DNA from: Camelus dromedarius
Taxonomy: Eukaryota
Length of the DNA stretch: 64,000 nucleotides
Reading direction: 5' to 3'
NCBI RefSeq assembly: GCF_036321535.1
Contig: NC_087457.1
Span: 29,450,001-29,514,000 of the forward strand
Shown here: positions 1-11,982 of the stretch, piece after piece
Numbering within the stretch: position 1 is the first letter of the stretch
Layout of the letters: each line of letters opens with the position of its first letter
Translations under genes and position numbers: made by a program
The notes under the pieces: generated by a model
Databases searched by the model: none
Told to the model about the DNA's origin: nothing
Seen by the model: the letters and a program-made list of their open reading frames with translations, nothing else

Positions 1-1094
1 GAAATTTACTAAAAGGTCATCTTTTATATGCTTGCTTTCTCTCTTCTTAGAACTCAATACTTTTTGATTGGTTGATTGATTTGTATAATAAATTCTATGA
101 CCTTATAACTTGCAACACAATCTCCTTTTTTACCCACATCAGTGCACCCAAATATAATCATGCACAGTATTATCACCTAAATACTAAAAATGCCAAAACT
201 CTCTACAGATAAATTTTCCAACTATTTACTCAATTTACCATTTTTTATTTTGGTATTTTTATGTTTGAAAATTTTATGACTGTTTTAACTCATAAATTTT
301 TATGTAAATATTGAAGTCTTCTAGTGTCTTTTTCTAAATTAGCTAATATGTTTATAATAGACCCTGCTATTTCATTTTTATCATCAGCAGTGGTAACTAG
401 TGTTGAATAAGAGCTCTGAAATTAGACCTAGTTTAAACATTTTTGATGCAAATGTAATATAACAGTTCTTAGCAAGGAAGTGGCATATCATTGATATTTT
501 AATGTATCGTGGATATCTAGGTCTTTGCTCTACTGAGTGGAACATGGTGGTGTGCCTTCCTCATGTATTGATTATGGCCATGTTTTACAAAATATGGACG
601 TGAACCACGGATAATTGCATAGCAGCATCATGATTCCTTCTCTTTGAGATTCAAAGTGATCAAAATAGATGGAAAAGAGTGTACCTGGTGGAGAGCAGTT
701 AACAGAGGTTACAAGAAAGGACAGCACACAAAGGGGACATTTGGATGGGTACCAAGCCTCAATTCCAAAGTTGAGATTACTTCAGAGGAGTGTTGATTAT
801 GTCTGGTCCTCTGGTCATGTGTGAATGTTTTAGGGAAAGGACAGTATGTGGATAAATTAGATATGCTATAATATTCAAAACTGCAGCCATTGAGACCTAA
901 ACTGTCTCCATCGCAAGCCCTGAATGGAAAACCTCCCTGAGGGGTAGTCTCCTCCCTCATGCTCAGAGTGAGAGGAAGAACTCGTGGCACAGATGTGAAC
1001 CATCTCTGATGGACACCCAGGGCTTTAGACTATCTATTGGTAGAATAACCTGTTACTTGTCCAGGAGTATTAAAGTTTGTCCTCAAGAAGGGAT

Positions 1095-1450
1095 GTCTTA
1101 AGTTATGACCACTATAAGCAGAAGCTGAAATGCAGATTTTTTGGGGGGGAAGGTAATTAGATTTATTTAATGGAGGTACCAGGGATTGAACCTAGGATCC
1201 CATGCCTGCTAAGCATGCACTCTATCACTGAGCTGTACCCTCCCTCCAAATGTAGATTTTTATAGAAGGGACTTACTGAGGGATTACTTTTGGGAGAAAG
1301 GGAGTAGGAGACACAAAATAGGGAAAAGAAAGAAAGTGAAAGATGTCTGAAGACAAGGTCTTAGCCCCAGCAAGCTCTCATGGGGAGCCTCCGCCAAGGA
1401 GAGGGGGCTGGCCTGTTGTATCCTCATGTCAGCAAATCTTTGGACAATTC
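1095..1450 (-). mobile_element. Old ERVL-class LTR remnant (LTR16/LTR33-like), interrupted by a SINE
   Basis: 'aagcagaagctgaaatgcagatt...gacttactgaggg...ggggctggcctgttgtatcc...tcagcaaatctttgg' resembles the reverse complement of ERVL LTR16/33-type LTRs as I recall them. The match is degenerate and the boundaries are approximate. Confidence 0.4.
1142..1247 (-). mobile_element. tRNA-Ala-derived SINE, camelid Vic-1-like
   Basis: The reverse complement reads GGAGGGAGGGTACAGCTCAGTGATAGAGTGCATGCTTAGCAGGCATGGGATCCTAGGTTCAATCCCTGGTACCTCCATTAAATAAATCTAATTACCTTCCCCCCC, with Pol III A- and B-box-like segments. It is flanked by a 14-bp TSD with 1 mismatch: AAATGCAGATTTTT (1128-1141) and AAATGTAGATTTTT (1248-1261). 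Confidence 0.9.
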
Positions 1451-2060
1451 ATAGACAATCTGGAAACTACATTTGGAGAAAAAGGATTAACAGATTTTTT
1501 TTTTTGAAAAGTAAGTGAACATTAATAAAGTGCTTTGAGTTTCAAACTTCTATCTTTTAAAATATAAGACAAAACAAAAACTGAGTTTGAACTCAGATGA
1601 CTCTTTCTTATGTAACTGGTGATCTGTTCTAACTTCAACCCTGAGGGGTTCACTAGTATCTATGCACATGTGTGAGTATATACATATTTGAAGTCTCACG
1701 TGTGAAATCCCTATTTCTGTTCACAAGAAGCAATGAGTCTGAATCAGCTTTATTCTTAACTGAGGTTTAAATTGCACAAATAAAAATTCCTCTGCATAAA
1801 GTGGATGGTTTGATGAGTCATTTAATTCCAGTATCTCTGCCTTCATATTTGCTTTTCAAATTATACCAATTTGAATTCCTGAGCAATTTGTTTTCATCAT
1901 CTATGTTGATTCTAAAAGTTCACCATTAACGAGACTGTCTGCTGTATGAAATGCTCTGTATTCTTGTTGTTTTAACATTGTATTATTGTAATTGCTTAAT
2001 TATTTATTTTAGTCAGCAAAACAGCATATTGCTTGTATGCATTTAGTGTATACATTTTTA

Positions 2061-2212
2061 TTTAGTGAACATGGATATTAATCAGATTTCACTTTTAAAA
2101 TAGGTTAAGTCAGATTTCCCTTTATGTTCTTACACATTTAGTGAACATGGATATTAATCAGATTTCTCTTTTAAAATAGGTTAAGTCAGATTTCCCTTTA
2201 TGTTCTTACACA
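2061..2212. repeat. Tandem duplication, 2 x 76 bp with 1 mismatch
   Basis: 2061-2136 and 2137-2212 are identical except for A2091 versus T2167. Confidence 0.95.
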
Positions 2213-3489
2213 TTTTAGTATTTTGAAGCTGCCTATTATTTCCTTCCATGTGGCTAACATACTGGAGATATTCCACAATATGCAACTAGATACACTTTTA
2301 ACCAAGTTTTCAGATTTATAACTGCCATCAAGTTTTAAGACTGCTGTTTGCTTTGAGTTTTATTAAATACTTAAAAAAAAATACTGATCTCAACAGAACC
2401 AGGTAAACTGAAATGCCAATTACAAGAAAATGGTAACATACTACCAAAACCTAAAGGTAAGGAATTAATATTTTATTATCAGAGTATCTTAAAAGCAAAT
2501 GGCTGGAGGATTTGTACTACATAATAGATATTTTCTTCCAGCCACCTTGTTTAATCCTTAAAAATGCAATATGCCACAAAACCAGAATGCTGCTCTCAAG
2601 CCTTCCTGTTTAATAAATTGGTTTTTATTTTGGGTCTTGAAATTATTACTCTAAATAGAATTCCTTGAGTTTAAAAAAAACCCTACCTTTTTCCTCTTTT
2701 GTAATATTTTTTTTTAATCTGTGTTCTCATTTTGCTCTTTTAGTAAATGTCATTTTTAGACTTATGATTCACACTCACATCAACAGCTGTTTTTCCCCTG
2801 TATTCTGGGTCATACTCATGCTAACTGCAAATTGATGAGTATTTCTTTAAGCAAAGTATTTAATTTAGACTTGAGGTTCTGACCCTAATCTAAAACATCT
2901 TACATGGTCAGTCACCTGAATATGCTTATGATTTGGTTTCCTTCTGGGTCTCTAATGACTCTTCCTCACATATAGAGCAACTTTACACTTGATCAAACAC
3001 TAACTGACATTTGGGAGGACAATTTTCTTTCTATGATTGCTTCATCTGAGTGTTACGTTTTGTAATCTAAAAAGTTAGATATGTATATTTGTGCCTACAC
3101 TATTCAGAGATTTATATTTATTTCCTCTGCTCTTGCCTATTTAATCATTATGCTGGTTATTTGAACTGGTATTCTTGTGGCAAATATGTGGATACAACTC
3201 TGATCATTATAATTGCTAAATCTTTCTAAAATTAATGGGAGAGAGTTTATTAAAAGTTCCCATTTACTTAAGCAACATGAATTTTGAATTATAGTGGAGC
3301 TTGTTCAAATGTAATTATGATCTCTTAATGACTTCCAATTGATTTTTGTTATGGCTACCTCAATTAGAGAGCACCTAATTAATTTACTTTACTAAATAAT
3401 AACACTGATCATGACCAGTGTCAGAATACCAGAGTTCTGAGCAAGCAAGTTGAAAAATATTTATAGCAGCAAAAACAAAGAATCAGTAT

Positions 3490-3640
3490 ACTTCAGAAAT
3501 AAAGGAGACTTTAGAGCTCATCCAGAAAATCCTTTCATTTCACAAATAGGAGATTTAGGTGTAGACAGTTTGCAAAATTTGTCTCTAGACATAATAATGA
3601 AACAATAAGGAATACAATCCAGTTCTTCTGATCCTTTTCA
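3490..3640 (-). mobile_element. MIR/MIR3 fragment
   Basis: 'gagactttagagctcatccag...cctttcatttcacaaataggaga...' resembles the MIR core in reverse orientation. Degenerate. Confidence 0.4.
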
Positions 3641-4148
3641 CTTTCATTTGTCCTTTCTGATCATATACCCAGAAATATTGTTTGGTTTGGGAAGCTTGTC
3701 TATGTGGTCAATAACTTACCATTTCCTTTTTCTTTTCCATAACACACATTATGGTAGAGAGATGAGTGGACCAAGACATCTGATAACAATTCTATCTGTT
3801 CTATCGTCACTAATGAATCCAGATGAGACTAGAGTCACATTTCATGTTTTGGAGCTTATGGTTTATTAAACATGTATTCCACGCTAAACATAGAATTGAT
3901 TTTAGGTGTAATATTTCCCAAATAATTCGAGTCTTACTGATTCTTTAGCCTGAAAGATAGTGGGGAGTAAGAGGTGATCTAAAATGTTGCATTTTAATAC
4001 CATGTCAGTATTCAATTGAATAACTGATGTTATTTATTTAATCTGAGAGACCAAAAATCAGAATATCCCATTTTGAATGGTGGTTTTAAAAAATAATGTT
4101 ATGATCATAAATATTTATTGCTATATATATTCTTGAGGATTAACTTCC

Positions 4149-4310
4149 CAGGGGGTCTGAAAGTGTTCTCTGAGACTATCAGTATCAACATCATCTGGGA
4201 ACTTGTTAGAGATGATATTTTGCTGGCTCAACCCAGATCAACTGATAGCAATTTGTGTTTTAACAAGCCCTCTTGGTGATTCTAGTGCACTCTAAGTTTG
4301 GGAGCCACTC
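4149..4310 (+). mobile_element. MER5A hAT-Charlie DNA transposon (MITE)
   Basis: 'aaagtg...atcagtatcaacatcatctgggaacttgttaga...tgtgttttaacaagccctcttggtgattctagtgcactctaagtttgggagccact' follows the MER5A consensus end to end. Confidence 0.85.
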
Positions 4311-4984
4311 TTATTTAACAAATTTTAAGAACAAGGTAAATATACTTCTAATAGAAAATGCTCATCGATAATGCAAAAATTTTTACACTGCTAATAAGTG
4401 AAACAGATTAGAAATATTCTCAATACATGTTTGGAATTTGAGTTTCAACATGTTTTAAGCTGAATGATATGCACCACACTGTATCTAAGATTAAAAAAAA
4501 AAAATCTTAGGATGGCATGTGTAAATTTTGAAAAGCCAAACTGGCAATGCAATTTTGAAAATATTTCTAAATTCTTTCATTTCAGCATAAATGAGTATTC
4601 AGAGTTATAGTTATTCAGTAAGATCATTTAAAATATTTCTAACCTAGAGAAAAGTGATGCACCTCTCCAATGCAGTACAAATAGAAATACCGAATTATCG
4701 GCAATGTTCTTCCATATCAACTTCCTTCCAACAGAGCAGCAGTAAAACTACCATACCTTACCCAATACCCACGATCATGTAACATATTTTACAGAAGTGA
4801 TAAAATTGCATAAGTACTTAAATAAGGACAGTAGTATTCAGTCACTGAATGAGTTTCTAATGGTGGAACAGACCCTTTCAATATGGCCTTGGCTAAATAA
4901 TAGCAAACCTCAACGCTTCTGGTAAGCTTCAAATATTTTAAGGTAAAACTTAATATAGTGATTTTATATTTTAAATCACACAGC

Positions 4985-5100
4985 AGAACCAAGTTTGAAT
5001 GTGAATTAGATGATCTGGGCTCTTTAGTAACTTTGCAAATCACCTGACCTCCCTCAACTTCAGTCTCTTTATGCAGAAAACATGGGAGTCCATGAACTGA
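4985..5100 (+). mobile_element. MIR fragment
   Basis: 'tagtaactttgcaaatcacctgacctccctcaacttcagtctctttatgcagaaaacatggg' resembles the MIR core. Confidence 0.45.
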
Positions 5101-8026
5101 TTTTGGTTCTTTTGAACTTTAAAATTTCTGGTTTGTTGCTCCATGGTTTTAAGATTTATTGTGTATGCCATGGATGGAAGAAGTATTTTTTGAGTAGTCC
5201 TACGGCTACTGAAAATATGACTGTAAGTACCATGAGTTTCCTATACTAATCATATTATTCATTTAGGGTAAATGTTTATTTTAGTCACTTACATTATGAG
5301 CATGATTATCAAGAAGGGTCAGTGTTTCTGTGTTTTGTAAAGCATCAGTCATCATGCCATGAATTCTGTAAGTATTTTGGTTGGTTGGTTGCTAAGTCAT
5401 AGAGTCCATATGACTTTGCTTCTAAGCTCTTGTCAAAGCCATAAAGGACAGAGCAGTCCCATTGTGGGAGATGATTTGAGATAATGTGTGTTTTGGTTTA
5501 GGATAACATGACATGAAAAGAGAGAATGGTTCTTTTCATTGGAAATATCCTTATATCATGGAAGGCCACTGTAAAAAACTATTATGAGGAATTTGAATAA
5601 TATGGTTTCTTGTTGCTTTCCTGTTTATGTTTCCTTCATGTTAAGTATGTAACCTGAGTAGAATACTTCCTCTACTATAATCTCTAAATGTGGGATGAGA
5701 GTATTGAATTATACGCAACAAAACTCTTGCTTACATACAATAATCCTTTATAACTAATCAGAATATTATCAATAATGAAATATTGGTCTATATATTTAAT
5801 AAGAGCATGTGACCCCAGGATGCACAGTAAAGAACTATTCTGTTAAATGACTTATGTCATTTTTTTCCAGAGAAAATTAATATTTTCTGTTGCATTGAGA
5901 AGAACTACTTTTTTCATAATTTACATATGTCTGAAAAAGAAAATTGATAAACATCTATTTTAATCTTAATATGTGATATATGTAAACCATTATCCCATTA
6001 TGATGATCCTTATGTAATCTGGAGCATTTTGATGTGTGCTTGTAGCATATAAAGAACTAGGAAAATTTAAGTTGTATTATGAAGAGTTAAACTTTTGCCA
6101 TCCTTGCTGTCTTTTAAATAACCAGTAGGCAAATAAAGGAAAACAAAAGGCTTCTTGGAGATTACCAAAGTTACACATACAAACTCTTATCATTTCTATG
6201 GATTTAGTCATTAGTAAATCTCACTTTCCACTCTGTGAAGTGAGGATACGCCTGGCCATGGGCTTCTCTCTTTCAGGATGCTAATTTGAAGTATTTCCAT
6301 CACTTCTCAAAGTTGTGGAATAATCCACATACTGATCCCCCAGGAGGAATATCATAATGCAGATGTGCGATACTTTGCAGCTACAAACAGACTTTTAAAG
6401 ATCAGATTGCCTTTCTTCTTGGAAATGGACACTACACCTAAGATGTGAAATACAGCTTTTCTTTTGCTGGAGGCTTTCAGAGGTGCAGCTGCTGGTTGGC
6501 AAGCCATTAAGTAGGTTCAAGTTGGGAATGGAAGGTTAACAACAGCTTGTGTAATAGAAATGTAGACAAAAGATAATCCAAGTTTCCAGCTTTCAAGGGA
6601 TTCACTAGCTGTAGCTGACTGTGAGCTCTGAGTATTAAATCTAATAAAGTCCTCAGGCAGGGCAATGGTGGGGTTATTTCCTTTGAGAAATGACACTGTG
6701 GTTTCTGCATTTGGATCAGAAATTGACACATGGAAAGATTATTTTTTTCACTTTAGGGGAACCTGAACTAAAATCAAGATGTGCAATGCTTTTATGACTG
6801 TAGTTTTTATAAATGAATTAACATTTCCAGGATGAAAACCTTGAATGAAAATAATATTATAATACTGCTTCCTCTCCCAATTATTTTTCCAAATAATAAA
6901 CTGATACAGACACTGACATAATTTTGCAACTGTACTTCATCAAACCAAACTTTATCTTCCTAACTTAATTTTCTCTCCAGCTCCCAGTGTCATCACAGGA
7001 AGAGTCTCTAATTCAAGTGCTTCTAATCACTTTATATTTAATTTGAATATAAAGCAGAATATTAGCCAAAGAAGAACCTTGCCATGCACAAAGGTCTGAA
7101 ACATTCTAGCTTCAGTTCACTTTTTCAATTTGCCCTTCACATATTTTCTTTTCACACGTTTCTACTTACTCCAGAATGACACAGGGTTCACTGAAGACAC
7201 ACTACCATCACTTTACCTAAGAAGAGCTAAGTAGAAATGGTGTCTCCCTTGATGAGGACTTAACATGCTCTCAACAACTCTGCATTTGAAATCTTTACTT
7301 TCCATAAAGAATTTGTCTTATGTGACCTTTTCTTCTTATCTAATTATTTTTTTTAAAGAACAGCAATCTGAGACCAATGAGAAACATAACTGCTGTATCA
7401 GTCTAGCCATTTTTTAAGATTAAAAGTATATCTAAACAAGAAATATATCAAACCACAAGCAGTAAAAACAGAACTTAAACACTAAGCCCTCTAAACCACT
7501 AAAGGGAAGAAAACTTCAACCGCCACCACCATCTATGCGTAAAGCAGGTGGATGCTGCCTTTATTTGAAATTCCAAATTTCTCCTTGCTTGAACGTCTTT
7601 ATGAAATACTTGATGGTTTAAGGCACTGTTAAAAATTGTTAGATTTAGATTGGGGGATTTATTTTCTAATTTGCATTTAATCACTCAGTCCAAGACTGGA
7701 GTAAAATGAATCTATTGTAGTCTTTCTAGAATGATGGAGGGTGAAAACATGACTTTTCATTAGCTATGACACAGGGAAAAGAAAGGAAAAAGAATTCACA
7801 AGAAAATGGAAGTGCTAAACAGGAAATACTGGATAATTTCTGGGTCAGAGCAATTCTCCTTTGGTTTGATTTTACATTGCATTCATACTATGATCTGATT
7901 CATTTTATACACATGCCACCTGTTTTAACACTGATGCATACACACAGTTCTCTCCAGCCTCTTATCCTTCACGATAAATGCACCTAGTGTGAATGCTCTA
8001 TGACGTCTTCAACTCTGCTGAGATAT

Positions 8027-9107
8027 TGGATTAGTCAGCATTCTCCAGAGAAACAGAACCAACAGGACACATATTATAGGAGATTTATTTGTAGGATTTG
8101 GATCAGGTGGTTTTGGAGACCATGAAATGTCATGATCTGCCATCTGAAAGACCGAGGAACCAGGAAACTGGTGGTATAACTCGGTTCTAGTCCAAAAGCC
8201 TGAGAACCAGGAGCTCCAATGCCCAAGTACAGGAGAAGCTTAAGGAGCAGAGAATTTGCCCTTTTTAAAAAAATTTATTTTTTAATTTTTTAGTTGAAGT
8301 ATAGTCAGTTTATAATGTGTCGATTTCTGGTGTGCAGCATAATATTTCAGTCATACATATACATACACATATTTTTCATATTTTTTAACTTATAGGTTAC
8401 TACAAGATATTGAATATAGTTCCCCATGCTATACAGTATAAAGTTGTTTATCTATTTTACAATATAGCAGTTAGTACCTGCAAATCTTGAACTCTTAATT
8501 TATCCGTTCCCACTTCCTTTCCTCCCTGGTAACCATAAGTTTGTTTTCTATGTCTGTGAGTCTGTTTCTGTTTTGTAAATAAGTTCACTTGTGTCTTTTT
8601 TTCTTCTTTTAGATTCCACATATGAGTGATATCATATGGTATTTTTCTTTTTCTTTTTGGCTTACTGCACTTAGAATGACAATCTCCAGGTCCAGCCATG
8701 TTGCTGCAAGTGGTATTATTTTATTATTTTTGATGGCTGAGTAGTATTCCATTGTATAAATATACCACATCTTTTTTATCCAGTCTGTTGATGGACATTT
8801 AGGTTGTTTCCATATCCTAGCTATTGTAAATAGTGCTCCTATGAACACTGGGGTGGATGTATCTTTTCAAATTTGAGTTCCCTCCAGATATGCCCTTCTT
8901 TTATCTTTTTGTTCTCTTCTGACCATCCATGGATGGAGGTTACCTACCTCCTGTAAACATATGTGAGGGGAATCTCTTTACTCAGCCTACGGAATCAAAT
9001 ATTAATTGATAGAAACACCCTAACAGACACACCTAGAAATACAGTTTTACCAACTATTTGGGTATCCCTTAGTCAAGTCAAGTTGGCACATGAAAGTAAC
9101 CATCACA
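8027..9107 (-). mobile_element. MLT2 (ERVL) solo LTR split by an L1 insertion
   Basis: The left part 'ttagtcagcattctccagagaaacagaaccaacagg...agcagagaatttgccctt' and the right part 'gcccttcttttatctttttgttctc...gtcaagttggcacatgaaagtaaccatcaca' join into the reverse complement of an MLT2 LTR. Confidence 0.85.
8264..8890 (-). mobile_element. 5'-truncated LINE-1 (ORF2 C-terminus plus 3' UTR), cetartiodactyl-type
   Basis: ORF 8609-8848 (-) MFIGALFTIARIWKQPKCPSTDWIKKMWYIYTMEYYSAIK...LICGI is the L1 ORF2 C-terminal domain. It has a T-rich tail at the left end and TGCCCTT duplicated at 8257-8263 and 8891-8897. Confidence 0.93.
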
Positions 9108-9419
9108 AATAAGAATTGGATATCTTGGAATAGGAAAGATATGTGGATTCTCTAATGTGGAATATACACCATAAGGAGAAGATATTAACAGTTATGGAAA
9201 TACAATGAATAATTTTAAAGGAGGAATGCACTTACTCTGCCAAACAGATTTCTAATTTCTCACACAAAATACACCGGTGCACAGCACATAAAGGATGGCA
9301 GGGCAGAACTGAGTGAGCATAATGTAAGAGCATTCAAATTACTGTACTGTTTATGTCCTAACATCGCACATTGTGAGGAGCAGGTCTGCAGTCTGCTTTA
9401 TCCCTTCATGTGGACGGTG

Positions 9420-9710
9420 AGGTCAGACCACACACTCTGTAATTTTGAGTCAGAAAACTGCTGATTCATAGCTCTGGTTTCACATCTGGCACGTAGATTG
9501 CACAAAAATTCCCTAGAGATAGCGTATGGTCTTTGAAGACCTGGATACTGTTGAAATTAATCGAATTTATGTGACATCTGGATAAGCAGAAATGTCATGA
9601 TGGCACTAAATGGCCTTATTACAGTTGCTACATATGAAGTTAGCACAAAGAGATAAACACCAAGTGCACTTCAAATGCTTAATCAGTAGCATTGCCCACA
9701 TTATCTCTTC
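9420..9710. promoter_or_regulatory. Candidate enhancer with a RUNX / AP-1 / MARE-like / GATA motif cluster
   Basis: ACCACA 9427-9432, TGAGTCA 9446-9452, TGCTGATTCAT 9459-9469, AGATAA 9651-9656 and TTATCT 9701-9706, all in non-repeat DNA. Motif evidence only. Confidence 0.3.
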
Positions 9711-11249
9711 AACTGCTCCATGTTTTCATTGCCCTTTCAACTTCTCATGATCTGACACATTTTCTTGTGGACCATGTTCTAACAAGGTCAGGCCACCTTC
9801 TAATGGAAGCCCAGAAAAGTGTTTATGGCCCTACACAATAGTGCAATTAAGACTTCTAGCCAAGATTCCTATCATGCTTAGTTTACAGTTTAATTACTCC
9901 CTCCAAACAATTAGAAAAAGCTCCCAACACAAAACAAATAAACAAGCAAAGAAACAAACCTCACTGAAAATGAAGACTTATCAATACAATTACTTTTAGG
10001 GTGAGAAAGAGAAGTAACGTGGTCCTTCTAAATTGTTTTTCCATTTTCATCATGCAGATTTAAACTGCTTTAAAGAAAATAAACCCCTCTAAACAGCTGG
10101 TCTTTAGCAAGTATAAGAAGCTCTATTTCAGGTTCAGATTTAGGCTAGAGGTAAGGGGGAAAAGGAAAGTCTGTGGATATAAATGTTTTGGGGAATGTTA
10201 GAGACTTTTGATAAATTTTAATAACTCATTGAAATTGCAGAACCCACAGATTGAACTTTGCTTATTAAACTTTCTGAGACCTACCTAATCTATCTTGCTT
10301 TAAGCTAGCAATTTACAAAAGTATATTAGCAAAGAGTTTTATTTGGGAAAAAAGTCACTGTTTGCCTCTGTATATTATTATTTTGAAGCTAATTTGGGAA
10401 ATGTTAGACTAAGAAAACAAGATTTTTCTGTCCTAATATCTAACAAGATGATTAGTAAAAAGGGAAATTGGAAGATTAAATAGTTTACTGAATTGCCACA
10501 GGTAAAATTTTAATCCCTGTAAATATTTTGTGTTTAACAAGAAGTTTTTCAGATTTCAGAATTTAAGATGCTGTACGAACTTGTAGAGTTTTGAAAACTC
10601 ATTAATATTTAGGAAACACTAGATATAAATTTGTATTTAAAATTTAAACAGATTTGAAGTCTCAACATGTTTAACAAATTCACTTCTGATGTTCTGAACA
10701 CTGATCTATTTTTATATTTAATACACAACGAAATTAATTTTAAAAAGGATGGTCCTACTTGTTGTCACTTGAAGGGAAAACAAAAACACTAAGATCCAGT
10801 AAGCTGTGTCAAGTTTTGTGCATGTTACAGGGAATTTAAAGATAAAAATGCAGTTTGCTTAAAGTAGTTCCCTCTTTAGTGAAGTTGTCTGAGAAGTAAA
10901 TAGTCATTATGAAACGATAGGGAAAGTGTTCATGTCATCACATGTGCGTTCAAAGTGTCCCTGAAATTGGGGAAGGTGGGTAATGACTAATTTCCTAACC
11001 CCCCTACCCAAGGAGACTGATTCATCTCACTTTTTCTTTGTTTGTTGGAAGACGTTTGCCATCAGTGTCTACTGTTGTCATAGCTGTTACTGCTTTTAAT
11101 TCTGTTCAAACTACGATTAGCATCTTCATTTTCCTTCCTTGACTTTCTTTGTCTTCTACCCTTTTATTAGCATTTGTGTGAAAATTCTTTTTTACAGACT
11201 TCATACATCCATAATAGACATCTTTTTCTTCTCAGACATATAACAACAA

Positions 11250-11936
11250 ACTGTTACCCCAAAAGATAAAGACCTCAGTTCATATCATACCCGAAAGATA
11301 AGTTTACAGTTGGGAAACAGTGCATTTTGTAGTGAAAGATTTTAAAAGATATATTTAAAAAAGTAAAAGTACACCTCTAAGAACAGGAGGCGGGCTGATT
11401 CAAGATAGGAAAAGTGGCGGGTTTTTTATTCCCGTCTCTGATACCCTCACTTAGAGGAGGGCTCTTGATTGATTGACTGTTCTTGTCCCTGCAGTGCTTA
11501 GTCATGTTTGGCCCCTTTGAGCATGTCCGTACCCATGGTGTATACAGGAAAAAAAAAAAAAGTAGGGGTGGGGGACTAAACGGTAACGTTAATTATAATA
11601 CAATGAGCATTGGGTCATGTCCAGTTAAGCCTTTCTGCTACCGTGCAGTCGTGGCTGTCAGGTTCTAACCAGGTTTCTTGCTGGTGCTCATTTAGAGGAA
11701 GCAAAGTCCCTTTATGTTGGAGGTGGGCACAACGCCATCTTCCAGAATATCCTCCCTCTCCTCCACCCATCTGCTGGGTGCCCCGACTTATCTACCTACC
11801 TAACAAAACATAGGGTATTAGGTATAGTCTTAAGATTTGGATTAAATTCTTCCTCTCTCTCTCTCTTGTCTTATGCTGTATATTCTTGAGCTGATCTATG
11901 GACCCTAAAGCCAATGAGGATGTTTAGGGTGAGATA

Positions 11937-11940
<4 letters not shown>
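11250..11940. promoter_or_regulatory. Candidate GATA/KLF-SP-type promoter or enhancer
   Basis: WGATAR at 11264, 11296, 11403, 11788 (rc) and 11932. Two GGCGGG boxes (about 11389 and 11416), GGGGTGGGG (about 11565), CTCCACCC (11761) and CCAAT (about 11911). CpG density is locally raised. Confidence 0.4.
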
Positions 11941-11980
<40 letters not shown>

Positions 11981-11982
11981 CG
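11941..11982. repeat. (TG)16(CG)5 compound microsatellite, Z-DNA-prone
   Basis: Directly read: a 42-bp uninterrupted alternating purine-pyrimidine tract. Confidence 0.95.

Noticed and set aside
650-1090. Possible ERVL internal remnant / ORF 709-990
   Set aside because: The resemblance is too faint to name, and the ORF has no retroviral motif.
1142-1247. tRNA-Ala gene (also 17880-17960)
   Set aside because: It has tRNA-like A and B boxes but a degenerate acceptor stem, a SINE-specific 3' body and tail, and a TSD, so it is a SINE rather than a tRNA.
6507-6731. Two overlapping open minus-strand frames (70 and 74 aa)
   Set aside because: I recognise no homology and see no convincing splice sites, so this is compatible with chance.
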